From: Hydrolagus affinis
Lineage: Eukaryota
Length of the DNA: 64,000 nucleotides
Direction: 5' to 3'
NCBI GenBank assembly: GCA_012026655.1
Contig: JAAILG010000020.1
Location: forward strand, 124,001-188,000
The notes under the pieces are model-generated. The model was not told where the DNA came from. It did not search any database and saw only the letters and a program-made list of their open reading frames with translations. The position numbers and the translations under genes were made by a program. How positions within the stretch are numbered: the stretch's first letter is position 1; each line of letters opens with the position of its first letter. Positions 1-30,730 of the stretch are shown here, one piece after another.

Positions 1-327
1 CAAACTGTACAGTAAACTGTGTTTACTGTGAAGTGTAGTGACTGTATTTGTAGTCGAATAACCACAAACTAAAGATTTTATCTGGGAGATTGTTGACCAA
101 GACAGCTGTAGAAACTCCTTTGCAGTGAGCAGTGACACCTTGATATAATCTGATACTGTATTAGCAGTCTCTATACAGTCTGATATTAATTCCGAAAAAC
201 AATTGTAGTTAAATGACTTGTGCACATTAAGCTGAGGGTGTCGGTGCTGGGAATGGATTGAGAATGTTGGAAATCCCAAGAGAGAAATACTGGAATTGAT
301 TAACGAGGAGTTATTCAGTAATAATTA

Positions 328-16955
<16,628 letters not shown>

Positions 16956-17524
16956 CTGTCAAGAAAGAGGAGCACAGACATGGTCATTACCGGGAACACA
17001 CGCACACACACCAGACCATAATGTCACTCGAGAACAACAACGCCACTCCAGAACCATGATACAGTCAGTTCAGTCATTCACAGTGAGAGTTGCAGTATTG
17101 TACAGACAAGTCACAGTGAAAGTGTGAGTGTTGTACAGGCAAGTCACAGTGAGACTCACTGTGTTGTGATCTTCATACAAAACAAATAACAAATAAGAAG
17201 AGAGGAACCTGATGTAAACAGTCCGCTAGAAGTGATATTGATAGTATCTCCTTCATTAAAAGCATCAGAATAGTAAAATCTCCCTCTAGCGAGGGTGTTT
17301 ATGGTGAAGCTCTCTATCAAGGAGTCTGTCCTTTTGCCTCTCAATGTTTAAGAGGTCCTGATGGTGGTTCTCCCTCTTTAAAATGTATCTAAATTCTCTC
17401 CAGCTGTTTGATGTTTACAAGCTATCTGATGCCTCTTTAAAGTGGTCACTGAGCTGTAAGTGCTCTCCGCAGCTTCAGGCCGGCAAGGTTTTACTGCAAT
17501 AAATATACAGTATGGGTCACTTAT

Positions 17525-17700
17525 AATATTATCCCTTGCATTTGGTATAGGAACTTTCACGTGAGGACATCTCAAGTGCTTCACTGGATTTAGTGTACAG
17601 TGTTGTGAGCGTGTATTTGTTGGTGGAAATTGCAGCCACTTGGCACACCGCAATATGCCATAAACAGCCACAAAATGAGTGGCCAATTTTATTTGGCCAG
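17525..17700 (-). mobile_element. Deu-type SINE 3' portion
   Basis: atcccttgcatttggtatag...gcagccacttggcacaccgcaatatgccataaacagcc, matching other copies. Confidence 0.7.
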
Positions 17701-20700
17701 GAAATCTTTGAGCTCACTGCAATGCAATGCAATGAGGGAAGCTGCAATGCATTCTCAGTGGTGCCACTTGCAGAAGCGCTCTGAGATGCTATCTGTGTGA
17801 GGGATGCTATATAAATGCAAATTGTTGTTGTTGTTGTTGGATGAGATGTTACGGCAAGTTGGCATCCTACCTTGATCTTCATTAAAGATCAAGTACCACT
17901 ACAGGAAAAGAGCAGAACAACATCTCTCCCCATATCCTGGCTGACAATCCTCCACATTAACAGCAGATTAACCTCATGATAGAGCCGTGTTGTAGTAAAA
18001 TGAGAGAAACATTCTTCTCTTTTCGAATACTACCTTGGGATCTTTAATGATCACTTGAATGGACCACCAACAGAAGGACTGCACGTTTGCAATGCAGCAC
18101 TCTCCCCGGCACTGCACTCGAATGGCAGTCTAGACAAGGTTCGAAGTGGGTTTTTGAAACCTTCAATCTTCTGCCTCTGGGGCAGAGTGCTGCCAACTGA
18201 AGCAGGCAGTCACAAAAAGCCATTAACAATAATGACTTCTTTTTCATCCAGCGGCTTCTCGCCGAGCAACTCATTCCAGGCGAGCTGGAGAAATAGCAAG
18301 AGCCAGTTCGCTTCTCTCATAATTCCTGAATGGGATGTTTGTGAAATGGGAGAGGAGTATTATTGTTTTAAAAGTAGATATCTAACTCTGCAGTTTGGGT
18401 TAAAGGGAACAAGAGCGATTCTAATCAGTGAAAATACTAATGCCCTTGCTCTTCATCCCCCCAACCCCCCGCTTCATGAGCTCAAAGTTCCTCAGAAGCA
18501 AACGCACTTTTGCACCAAGTGTAGTGACCAATTTTGCAGGCCAACGTGATAGCCATTTTGCTATAACAAGTCTCTGCCATGAGGTTAATCAGCCATTAAT
18601 GTGAATGAATGTCAGCCAGGATCCCGGGAGAGGCGTCCTTCTGCTCATTTTGAATAGTGACACTTGATCTGTAAGAAGAGGTGGGATGGCATCTTGCTCT
18701 AACATCTCATCCAACAAGTGGTACCTCTGAGAATGCATTGCAGTCTCCAGCAGTACTGCATTACAGTGAGGTCAAAAATGTCTCACTGTCCAGTGCACCT
18801 ATCACGATTTGTGCAGACAGTCAATGGCTGAAGATAAGACACACTTGGCTGATATATATCCCAACAGATGAACAACTTACTGATTCTCATTGTATAGACT
18901 CGCCCATGAACAAAGCCCACTTGGATGAGATACTTTGTGACCTCTCCATTGGGGGATGGGAATAGTAAGGTTTCACAAAGGTACCCAGACAAACGGCGTA
19001 TAGTTTAAGTTATACAACAATTTACATATTGACTCCCAAAGCGCTGTGGGGTATGAGGAACCTTGGCCTCTTCTCTTCTACCCTAGCCCAGCTGATCTCA
19101 CTGTCGCTCTGTAATCAGCCAGGGCCCTTTATGTCTTTCAGTACTGGCTGTGAGAACAGTTACATTGCTTTCGAGACGTCCATAAGTGATTTTCTTTTCT
19201 TTGGACCCTTCATAACATTGAAAGAGAGGAAACTTTCGACTCCCAAGCCTGGGCTGGCCTCACACCCAGGTCCCAGAGGTGAGGAGAGGACAATGCTGGA
19301 GAATAATGTCCCCGTCAGTCACAGTGCAGAGCGGGGCCAGACCTCCTGCTCCTCTGTCTGGGCTGGACTGAAACCAAAGCCTCGGAGGTCAAAGGTCGCC
19401 TCGTGTCCTTATTTTTGCAGCTGAGAATTACAAGCTTGTCTCTCAGCGCACACACAAAAAAAATGTGTCCAGGTATCACTGTGTGTGTGCTTTACTGTCT
19501 TTGTATTTATTTTCACAGTTTAGTGACAACGCAAGGGGGAGTCCACTAGCGTCTCTGAGATCTCCAGCCTCTATTTATTACTCTTTTCAGTTTTAATCAT
19601 GGGTCTTGAATAAGGGAGCGGAGAGGTGGGGGTGAGGTGAGGTGAGGGTGGGAATGTAAAATGATGCCTATTCAGGGGGAAGCCAACGTAAGTAAGCATG
19701 TGCATCTCCGACCAAAAAAGGTGTATCAAGTAATTATTTGCCAAACGTCTAATCTTGCTGATTGTCCTCCATCTCCCCAGTTCGCTTTGTGACTAACAGT
19801 TCAGTTGCAATTTGTAAACCTCTCTGCCAAAGGCAGGCTGAGGCACGTCCCTAGCGGAGGTCAACACTCATACAAATGGGTGTCAAAGCAGAATGACTCG
19901 CGCTGGATTCCAGCTCATTTTACTGTCTGTGTACATTTACGTTAATTTGTTTGAATAAGGTCTGTTAAGCACGGTGTCAGACTCAAGAGAAAATACTGAG
20001 CACCAATGAGACATACCATTGACTCCACAAACATCTGCTCAGTGACCTTGTTCTCTCTGTACTGGAGGCACTGCAGAGGCTGACCAGAGCTGAGGGGCTG
20101 ACACTCAGCTTCACTTGGGTATTGTTGGGATCCACAATACAAACAATTTATATTCATACAGCGCCTTTCCCATCTCCGAATGCTTTATATTTGAAGTGTG
20201 CGCAATTGGCTGCCACTATCTGTCCACTAAATGTACAGTCACTTCACTTTACAGTATATTCGGTGCAACGCTTTGAAACGTCTCAAAGATGTGATCAGGT
20301 GCTATATCAAAATGCTAGGATTTTTACATTGTGCTTGGAGGGTGAGGAGGGGGTGGGCAGGGAGGAGTTACAGGAAGTGGTGCGTGACCCAAAGCACAGT
20401 CGACTAGGTTATTCTTGCGGTGGGCTTTGAATATGGCGGGGAGAGGGAGGGGGTTGGCAGATGAGTGAGACGGACTCCAGCATCCACAGTTCGGGGGCAA
20501 AATACATTTCCGACTCCGTACGTTTCCCATTATGGCAGATTCCATGTATAAAAGGGGTCTTCACTGTACAGTTTGTTATTCCAATGAGATCAAACAGGCC
20601 AGAAAATAGAATCTACCCAGAATTATCCCTTTACAGGTCAACCTCACTCATCACCTCGTGTGGAGCGGGTCAAAGCTTGGATGGGAGGGAGCTGGAGTGA

Positions 20701-21519
20701 GGGGGCAGGAGTTAGGGGAGAGGTGTGGAATGGGGAGAGAAATGTGGAGTGGGGAGAAACATTTGGAGAGGGGGTTGGTGAGGGCAGAGAAAGTTCAAAC
20801 AATTGACAAAGAAAGCCAGGAGTCGATGCTCTGAACAAGCTGCTCTGATCATCTCCGCAGAATGGCTGTACTATTCCAATTTCCTGCCCTTCCATTGCAA
20901 GCCTGGGTGGCAGCTCCACAGCTGATATAATGTGAGGTTTGGCACAGGTGTAGATCCCGCAGGATCGGTTCCCGAGCCGTGCTAATCTCCGTGAAACCAC
21001 AATCCCCATCGCCAGCAGCAAGCTGGTCCCTGACAAGGGCAGCACCACCTGTAGGGGTTACAGGGTTAGGCTCACACACCCAGCCCTGATTCACACACTG
21101 ATCTGATCACTGAGGCAGTGCTGTCCACCACAGAGCACATGCTGCCTCGGGGAGGGAGTGTGTCCAGGGCACAGAGGGAGAGGGTGGGAGAACAAAGACC
21201 GTCTGTATTCTAAACGAAAGTTCAGAAAAATTGGGGGGAAAATATGTTAGAAACACAAGAGGGAATAGATGAAAGTGTCGAATGTCAGTCTTTAATTGCT
21301 GACTATGCTTCACTGCGCCTCACATTAGCGTTTACAGTGAAGCGCTGTGAGATGTTTCTCTTAATGACATGTTAAGCTGTTATGTTAATATGCAAGGATT
21401 ATTAGGTTTATTATTGTTAAAATCACAATTGGCAACAAAAGCCTGAACTTCCCCCGTCAGAAAGAGGACATCCACTTCATCTGTTCATCTACAGCTAAAG
21501 TCAGGGGTGATCACTGTGT

Positions 21520-21820
21520 TCCAGACAGAGAGAAAGAACGAGACAAAGAGAAAGCAACAGAAAGAGAGGGACATATATAAACAGACAGACAGGCAGGCAG
21601 ACAGAAGCAGAGCATGGACAGAGTCAGACAAACCGACAGACCAACCAACCGATCGACAGACAGATCGAGGGTTAGAGAGCGACAGATTGAGAGACAGACA
21701 TAGAAAGAGAGATTAAAAAAGAGACTGAGAGACACAATCAGAGAAACAGAGGTAGACAGACCGAGAGAACGGGAGACAGAAAGAGACAGACAAACATACA
21801 GAGAAAGATAGAGAGAGAGG
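21520..21820. repeat. Degenerate (GACA/GA)n tract
   Basis: acagacagacaggcaggcagacag...gagacagaaagagacagac. Confidence 0.85.
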
Positions 21821-22504
21821 TCGACATTGAACTTTGTACACTGTTCTGTACATGCACCCAACAAACATATCCAGAAAATTCACCCAATACATCCACTGCA
21901 CCAGCACATACTCGATCAAGCTCTTTGTAAGTACGGCCTGGTGAGCTTGCCATCACTGGTGAGCTTGTGCACTGCCATATTAAGCTATATACAGGGAGGA
22001 AAGGCTGTGTGTGAAGCGCTCAAGATCCATTGTGAAGGGCACTATATAAATTCAAACTGTTGCTGTTGTATAAAAGACAGAGAGCGCTGCACTGGAGGGA
22101 TGGAGCAGCAGTAAACAATGCACTGAGTGATAACATGATTGCAAGGAGAGCGAAAGTCATGGTGGTGTTTACATAGTACACATGTGGACCTTATTATTGC
22201 ACAGGCCGGTGCAACGGGCTCGGGTCAGGCCGGCAGCAATCGCTCACTCAGAGAGAGATCATTCGGGGGGAGGGTGGGGAATAGTCTCCAACAGAAAGGA
22301 ACCGGTATGAACCACTGGAGGGGGAGCAAAGGGAATGGATCCTGAGTTGTTATTGAGCGAGAGTAAGTCCTGATGGCATACTTGCCCACCTCAACCTCAA
22401 AGAAAAAAGCGGCAGATGGTTAGCAATAGAAAAGCTGTAGATTTCTTAAAAGGGTAATTATAATAATAGAAAAAACAATGCATTTGGTACAGTGCTTCAT
22501 CGCG

Positions 22505-22505
<1 letters not shown>

Positions 22506-22546
<41 letters not shown>

Positions 22547-22740
22547 CTTACATTTATATAGCGCCTTTCACTTCAAGAGGACGTCCCAAGGCGCTTCACT
22601 AAATTTACTGTGAAATGGGATGACTGGGTATTTGTAGGCAAATGCCAATTTGCGCAAAGCAATATTCCACAATCAGCCACGGAAGGACTCATTTTATTTG
22701 GGGGATTGTTGGCCAGGACACTGGGAGAGAGAAACTCAAC
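22506..22740 (-). mobile_element. Deu-type SINE with a (TCAA)10 microsatellite tail
   Basis: (tcaa)n at 22506-22545 abuts ccttacatttatatagcgcctttcac...ggggattgttggccaggacactgggagagag. Confidence 0.85.
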
Positions 22741-23649
22741 AACTTCAACACCAACTTGCATGTGGAGTCGCATCCCAGAGTGCTAGACAGCAGCAGAGTC
22801 TAATGCTGAGCCGGGAGAGAGGGAGGGGTGGGGGGGTGATTATACGCATTCAAATAGTGCGATGGGATCTCTTTTTGAATAGTGCCAATGTGCAACTGGC
22901 TGCTGTGTTTCACCAACAAAATACAGTCATTCCACTTTGCAGTATATCCAATAAAGCACGTTGAGATGTCTCACCGACGTGCTAAGACATTATATTAAAT
23001 GCAAAGATTATTATTAAATAAATATAATTATCAGATTGGCACCCAGGTTTAGCGAGAGAAATCTAGGCAGGGTTCCAGCTCCTTGTCCTTCTACAGCGCC
23101 CTCTACAGTTGTTTGTGTGGGTGTGTATGCAGCAGCTGAATGAGAGGTGAGGCTCAGCTGTAGTGTCTTCCACATTCACATGGCTGTGCCAACACTCACT
23201 ACCAAGATTCACACATGATCAAAGATCATTAGAGGACAACCAGTGCCCATTGAACTGCCGCCCAATGCGGATGGCAGCCCATGGGCAGAGAGAGAGGTAC
23301 AGGGGCCAACAGGGAGAGAAGTAGAACAATAATAATTGGACGCACGCCATCTAAACAAAGTTATTCAGTGGGTCTGAGCGAGCAGCTCTCATTCCACCCT
23401 GGTTTCTGCTGCTGACAGTTTTGCCGCTGGGTTAAATGGCTTAATGCAGTCACCAAGAGGTCACTGAGTCACAAAGAGATTAGTTCATGCACAAGTCAGT
23501 GAGTACTGTGACAGGCAGAAACGATGGGCAGTCAGTATACACCAAACCACATGTGTGTGGGGTGGGGGGGTGGTTGTATGTGCAGAGCTACTTGTGTGCA
23601 AGTAAACCATCGAGGACACTACCCTCTCTAACCCACCCCGATATGGCTA

Positions 23650-23930
23650 AATAATAATGTTTGCATTTCTTATCGACGTCTCAAAGCGCTTCACAGAATA
23701 TACTGTAAAGTGAATTGACTGTATATGTGGGTGAAATGCGGTAGCTAATTGCGCACAGCAATGTCCCACAAACAGTCGTGGATTGAAATGACCAATTTTT
23801 ATTATTGTGTTTTTTGGGGACGGATTATTATTAGGCCTATGGAGTAAGGAAACGTGCCTATGGTTTTGCCCTGATCTGCCTGGATTCGAACACAGATCTC
23901 ATGCTTGTAAGACTGTCTTTATTAAGCTAT
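23650..23930 (-). mobile_element. tRNA-derived SINE, short form
   Basis: Reverse tail ataataatgtttgcattt..., body, and reverse B-box ggattcgaacacag; same layout as 61381-61690. Confidence 0.75.
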
Positions 23931-24329
23931 CAGAGAAGATTTATTGCTCACTTCCTTAAGAATTCAACCCAACTCATTATCACTTCCAGGGAAAGGCTCC
24001 TTTGATGAAGGAAGGAGATGGAGATGTCTTGGTTCAATATCATGCAAACCATTCATTGGCTAATCACTTAATATTTCTTCACATAACTTTATATAGCATG
24101 AGGTCAATTCCCCACTCAGGACCAGAAAACTGTCCGATTTGAGGGGAAATTGCTTTTCAAAATCTATCACAGGGGATGCGATGTTCGGGAATGATCAGAC
24201 CTTCTTTCACTTGCCAGCCCCAGCTTCAAACACACCCCAATTCCAAGGACACGGTTACTGCACTTGCCGGTTCAGTAGTTAATTGTGAAGCTGCATTGAG
24301 ACAGCAGGAGTTACATCAGCAATTTTGTA

Positions 24330-24655
24330 GACGAATACAGTCAATTTGTACTCAGCGAATGTCCAATAAACAGCTATGAAGTGAATGACCAATTTTACTT
24401 TGGGAGATTGTTGGGTCAGGACACTGGATGACACTCCCTTCTCTGTTTGGAATGGTGCCACATTTTTCACATCCACCTGAACTGAGAGACAGGACTTCGG
24501 TTTAACATCTCATCTGAAGAAGGACACCTCAGATAATGCAGCACTCCCCCAGTAGTGCAATGGATGTCAGTTAAGTGCTCGTTCAAAGTCCAGTGGGTCT
24601 TGAAGACATAACCCTTCGGGTTCAGAGGAGAGAGTGTAGCCGACACAGCCAAGCT
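24330..24655 (-). mobile_element. Deu-domain SINE including the tRNA-like head
   Basis: Deu core acatccacctgaac...cttcggtttaacatctcatctgaagaaggacacctcagataatgcagcactccc, plus head ...ttcagaggagagagtg. Confidence 0.8.
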
Positions 24656-26429
24656 GCCAATTGTGCTGAGGAACGTCATCTATGACATTTCCTCTTGACA
24701 AGAATAGCCAAGATCTGAAAGTGACTGGGAGAAAAGAATATAAAAGAGAAGAGGGTCAGAAGGTCATGAGTTTGAGGTTCCATATGTGGACTTTGAGCTT
24801 GTGTTGGGCTGGCATTCCAATATAGTACGGGGTGGGGTGGGGCACAGGGGAGCACTGCATTGTCGGAGGTACCATCCTTTGAATATTTGCCTGTCCCGGT
24901 GGACATTAAATATCCCTCAGCTCTATTCAAAGAACAAAGGGATAAATTGGATCTTTGTTGCACAGAAAACGTGGCTGCCACATTTGTCTAGAGTCACAAT
25001 ATTTGATACCAATTCACTTTAAGAAAGTTACAGATGCCAAATCAAATGCAGATTAGCCTAATAATCTTGCACTTGCTATATTGCTACCGACTGAGCCAGG
25101 CTAACAATCTATGTTTTTAATTGGCAAATGTATTTAAATTGACTCCTGTTCAGTCGTTAACAGTACTTAGATTAGATTGTAAAGTGCTAGATTAGTCATG
25201 AAGTGATTAAAATGGGTATCTTTAATCAGCAAACAGATTAGCACAATGAGATTCAGCGTAGCAGGAAGGGAGATCAATTATTCCCTCTGTGTGTGTCTAT
25301 TTCTGTGTGCGCCTCTTTCACTGAAGTGCCCCCCTACAGTGAAAGGCACTATATCTTTGTCTCTGTTTATGCTTGTGTGTCTCCTTCTCATTCTATGTGT
25401 TACTGTACGTATGTGTGTACGTGTACTTGCATTGCTGTACATGCAAATGTCTCCTTCTGTATCTGCATGGTTGTGTGCATGTGTCTGACTCTATGTGTGT
25501 GTGTGTGTGTGCGCTTGATATGACGCAGCTCACACATAGCGACTAATTCTGTGGGACACACTTGGAGACCCAAGGTCACAGGGAGCTGCTCCTCTCCTGG
25601 TCCCGTTCAGGCCACTGTTTACTCTGTCACACCACGTGCCTGGCTCGGTGGGGGTCTCCTGCTGAAAATGTTAATGTAATGTGACAGACGTGTGAGGGAC
25701 TGCAGCAACCCTGCTCTCTGGTCAATATCAGCCGGCCTCACACAGACCTCTGTGCCATTAAAGCCCAGTGATGTGAAAGACTGGCACTAATTTAACCAGA
25801 CAGATAAAAGGGTGTTTCGCAAATGGTGATCGACAGGGTCAGGGGGAATTCACCATGAAAGCAGGAAATGGCAGCGACGAGGAGCCAGAATAATTGGGAA
25901 ACCCGGGAACTCAGGACCTTCACATTCCAACTCACCAAACGCTCCAAACCATAACAAAATAACACTATTTTTCTCACATTAGGACTGTTGTGATTTCAAG
26001 TCCTGAAGCAGGGCTTGAAATTACAAACTTTGCGTTTGAAAACATCGCCTTTCGTGTCGGGAGGATGTATCAAAACACTGCCGCGTTTCGCCCACAAATA
26101 TACAGTCAATTCACTTGACAGTATATTCTGTGAAGCGCTTTAAGACGTTGATAGGATGTGAAAAGTGCTATATCAAATGCAAGTCCAGTATTATTATAGG
26201 ATTTACTAATGACATGTGATGGCTGTGTATTTTGTAGGTCTTTTTTGTGGGATTGTTGGCCAGGGCAATGTGAGAGACAACTGGTGCCCAGCTATTTGTG
26301 ATGCTTTCAAGCATCTTCCTGCTGGTAAGAGGGCTGTATAACTTTGACTTGTCTTGTATTATAATATCCAGCCTCCTGCAGTGGAACAAAGAGACAATTT
26401 ACAGTAAAAATGTGTAATGTCAGCCTGGA

Positions 26430-26990
26430 GCTGTGATAGCCTCTGAGTCAGAGATTATGGTTTCAAGCACCACATCAGGTCTTGGAATCACATAGTCTAA
26501 GATGACACTCCTATGAACTGCTGGTGTGTGTTATATTGTCCTACTGACGTGACAGGTGCTATACAGGTGCAATTTTGTTGTATTTTGTTGTTGTCAGATA
26601 AGGCGTTAAACCGAGGTCTTGTCTGCCTGTTCGGGTGGATGTTAAAGATCCCACGGTACTGTACTATTCAAAAAGAAAAGGGAATTTTCCTCTTCCGTTG
26701 TCCGGGCCAACACTTGCCCGAATAAAATTGGGACACTCACTCCATAGCGATTTTGAGACTTTTCTGTGTGCAACTGGCTGCTGAGTTCCACCCACAAAAT
26801 ACACTCTCACCACACTTTACATTACACCCTGTGAAGTCCTTTGGGACATCTCAGAGACACGATACGATGCTATATCAGATGCAAGGATTATTATTAGTAT
26901 TATTAAAATCCCATGAAGTACTTTGTGACATCTCAATGACGTGATATGACACTACATTAAATGTAAGGATTATTATTATCAGAATTATTA
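26430..26990 (+). mobile_element. Near full-length Deu-domain SINE with a small insertion and a duplicated tail
   Basis: Head gcctctgagtcagag...; core aaaccgaggtcttgtctgcctgttcgggtggatgttaaagatcccacgg; two successive atgcaaggattattatt-type tails. Confidence 0.8.
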
Positions 26991-29949
26991 TTAGTTATAG
27001 TACTGTACTAACTAATTGTGTCCTCACTATTGCTATCGCAGAGACAAGACAGCAGTCGGTGCAGTCTGGCTGAGGCAGTGAGCAAGGTGGGGGGAGTCTG
27101 ACTCTGTAGGAGCAAGATAACACACGGCCTAGGCTAGGATAAGGCAGCTCCGTTTGTTTGTCTGAACGGTGAGACCCTCTGTTCCTTCACAGCATTTGAC
27201 GACTGAGATTAAATAGAATTCTCTCCAATTATCAACACAATAGGGCCTCTTTATTTTCCAATTACAACTCCATTATTCACTTGAGATGTGTTACTTTTTA
27301 AACACTCAGCGATGACCCCTTTGTTCCCAGTCACACTCTCCCCTTTCTGTTTATTTGCTGATGTTGTCACTAATAGTTTCAGATTATTAAAACAGCTCCA
27401 AATGCTTCATTTCCTTTCACAGCCCTGGAGAGTTGGCAACGTGAAGCCAGCAGGTGCCTTTTCAGGAGAGCATAGAAAGAGCAAGCTTTGTCTGAGGGGC
27501 TCGGTAACAGAACACAGCAATGTGTGCTCGTCCACATAAATCAGCCAACAATGTAAAGCCAGGAAACAATAGGAATGTAACCCAGACCAATAGCCTATTA
27601 AACAGCCTCGCTCTTTGATCCATTGCATAACCCCGAGGCTCCAAACTGCACCCAGTCTCAGCTTAAGAGACAGTTTTGTCATAAAATGTACATTCGCACC
27701 AAACTAGGGATAGTCTTTAATTGACTAAGGTTGTGGGTTATTCAAACCCTTACGGCGGGACTTTGAACACACAGATTAAGTTGCCGCTCCAATGCTGCAG
27801 TCCTTTGGACATTAAATAAACTGAGGTTCCAAATGTTTATTCACTTCGATATTAAAGATCCCAAGATAATTTCGAAAAGAGGAGTTTCTCCCAGTATTCT
27901 AGCCAACAATCTCCCCACAGATACAGCTGGTCAATAAAAATAGTTGTCACTTTCACCTACTAAAACACACATAGTATAATAATTGTCAAGCTTTCTTAAA
28001 AGAAAATTGCAGAAAAGTAGCTTCAAAATGAAGGCCATATTTAAGAATTTGCTAAATTCCAGCAGTTCTTGAAATGCCACTTTAATTGAGTAAATGTAGG
28101 CTGGGCAGAGACATGGCTGGGCTAGCCATGTGCCTACCTGGGTCAATGCAACCGCTATTGAAGAGAGATTGTAATCCCTGGAATAGGATGCAAGGTGAGC
28201 AACAATGCTTGCCTCAGTTTTTGCACTTAACAGGATATCATGCCAAAGTGCTTAAAATTTTTATCCATCTTTTTGGTTCATCGACTGTGATCCATAGGGT
28301 GCCAAAATTCCTTTGCAAATTTGCCAAAACACACCAAGAGACTCCCCAATACAGCAGCTTTAATTCAAAACTCAAGTACACTACACAGACCATAATAATA
28401 ATAATAAATAATTCTTATATTTGATGCAGCGCCTTATAATGTAATCAAAAAGTCTTAAAAGTGCTTTACAAGGTCTTATTGTAGTGTAGTGACTCTCCTG
28501 AAAGCTTCCCTTCTCTCTTCTATATTTATGTGAAAGGTGCTCTGTTAATTTACATTATCATTTTTATGGTAAAAATGTTAGTTTCTGTAGCTCCTTGATC
28601 GTGTTCAAATATCACCAACTGCTTCACACGTAACGACTATCAACAATATCTCTAAGTGTTTCACTGCATTCACTGGAATGTCCTGACTTGTATATTTTGT
28701 TGGTGAATTTCACAGCTAATTTGCACACAGTAATGGCCCACAAACAGCCATGAAATGAGCATTAATTTTATTTGAGGGATTGTTGGCTAGGACACTGGGA
28801 GAGAAATCACCCGTCTCTTTTCCAGTAGTATCATGAGATCATTAATAACTACTTGAACAGTGAGGTGGGTCATTGGTATAAAATCTCATTGGAAGGACTT
28901 CTACTACAACAACAACAACTTTGGTTTGTATAGCACACTCCACGCCGGACAGCGTCTCAGAGCACTCCAATGCAGCGTACCCTTGGTATTGCACTAGAGT
29001 GTTAGTCTGGATTATAAAATCTTGATGTGGATCTTGAGACTGTAAATAATATGCAGTAATTTTGCACACAGCAAGGTCCCACATCTGGAGGGTTGCTGAT
29101 CAGGACACTGGGAGAATCGTATTCATGTGAAGCCACTTTAAGACGTTTCGACATGATGAGGTGTTATAAAAATATAAATTCTTTCTTTCTTAGTGGGTTA
29201 GGCTAGTGCTCACTGGGCAGTGTGACAGTGTCCTGTGTTGTGGTTTCTATAATGTGCTCACAAAGAGTTCCTATCGCTCCCGATCTTGATCTCGTCTGGT
29301 CTTGTGCCCTTTGGCTGTGCAGTTTCTCATTATCCCATATTGTTCACATTCTCGTGTTTTCCCTCCCGGGAGCGTTTCATCTTTACAATTTACCCCTGCT
29401 GACTGCAGGGTCGCAGTACCACAGCTGTAGAGAGCGAGTGTTTGTTGCTGAAGAGAAATCAGTCAGAAGTTTTCATTACATCCCGCCATCCGTAGCTCTT
29501 ATCTGCTCAGGAATCTCTAGCTTTCCAAATAGTGTCAGAAAGCAGCACACACCTTACAGACTCAGCAGGTAGAGCTCGGTCAATGTCTGTCATCCTGCTC
29601 AATTTCTCCCCATCCACCCCCCACCCCACCCTACTTCTCTCCTCCTCCCCCACTCCCACCAATTCCATGAATATGTGACAAATACACGTCGCTTCATGTT
29701 GTGAAATTGTGTCTTAAGAGAATCAATTGCATAATTCTTCTCCTGGTCTTTAAATCTTCCCAGGGACGATCGAACTCTACAAGGTGTCAGGCACAATTGC
29801 TAGCACTCTTGCCTCTATGATAGAGCGCATTATCATATCGTTGAGACACCTCAAAGCGCTTCACAGGATATACTGTAAAACGGATTGACTATGCGTTTTG
29901 TGGGTGAAACATAGCAGCCAGTTTGTGCGCAAGATCCACATCTATGGGC

Positions 29950-30355
29950 TTTGAGCTCAAACTCTAGGCTGACACTCCCGTGCAGAGCTGGACTGTGTAC
30001 TGCTTTGTCCTTCAGATTAAATGTTAACCCGAGTTGCTACCTGCCTGTTCAGTGGCCATCCCAGCACCTTGTAATTTTCTTCTTGTTGTTCAGGTGGACA
30101 TTAAAGATCCCACGGCGCTACTAAACAAAAGTGAATTTCTCCTGAAGTCCCGGCCAACAATCCTCCAGATAGAATCAATTATCCGCTTCATAGTTGTTTA
30201 CGAGACAATAAATACCATATGATGATCAGCTGCCGGATTCGCCTACAAATATACAGTCACTATGCTTCAAAATAAAGTTCTGGGAAGTGCTTTAAGACAC
30301 CTTGACCATGTGATAAGATGCTGTATCAAATACATGAATTCATTATTATTATATT
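29950..30355 (+). mobile_element. Deu-domain SINE
   Basis: gttcaggtggacattaaagatcccacggcgcta...cccggccaacaatcctcc...tail. Confidence 0.75.
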
Positions 30356-30374
30356 ACTAGCATTGACTTGAGTG

Positions 30375-30730
30375 ATTCAATATAGCGCCTCATCGCGTTG
30401 TTAAGAGGTCTCAAAACACTTCACAGAATATATTGTAAAGTGGACTGATAGAGTGGGATTGGTATAGTGGTATATTTTGTGTGTGAAACATGGCAGATCA
30501 CTTTCCTGGGCATAGGAAATTATTATTATTGCGCAATTATTATTATTTTGACGGGATTATTACCCCAGGAAAGCGATCAGCCAAACGACTAACAACTGGG
30601 TTCCTACTTACTGCTAGGTAAACAGAGGTGTATGGAGTAAGGAAACTTTTCTCAGGTTTCCACCCTCCGGGAATCGAACCCGGGTCCTCTCGCTTGCAAT
30701 GAGAGTGCTGTAGCCAACAACCGTGAGAAA
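30375..30730 (-). mobile_element. tRNA(Ala-like)-derived SINE, long form
   Basis: Minus strand reads tggctacagcactctcattgcaagcgagaggacccgggttcgattcccgg (A/B boxes), then the ctctgtttacctagcagtaagtaggaaccc block and the shared tail. Confidence 0.85.

Noticed and set aside
20644-21048. ORF MVLPLSGTSLLLAMGIVVS... as the sema3f signal-peptide exon
   Set aside because: Starts at GTG and lacks the PR..LS(Y/F)K end and a phase-1 GT donor.
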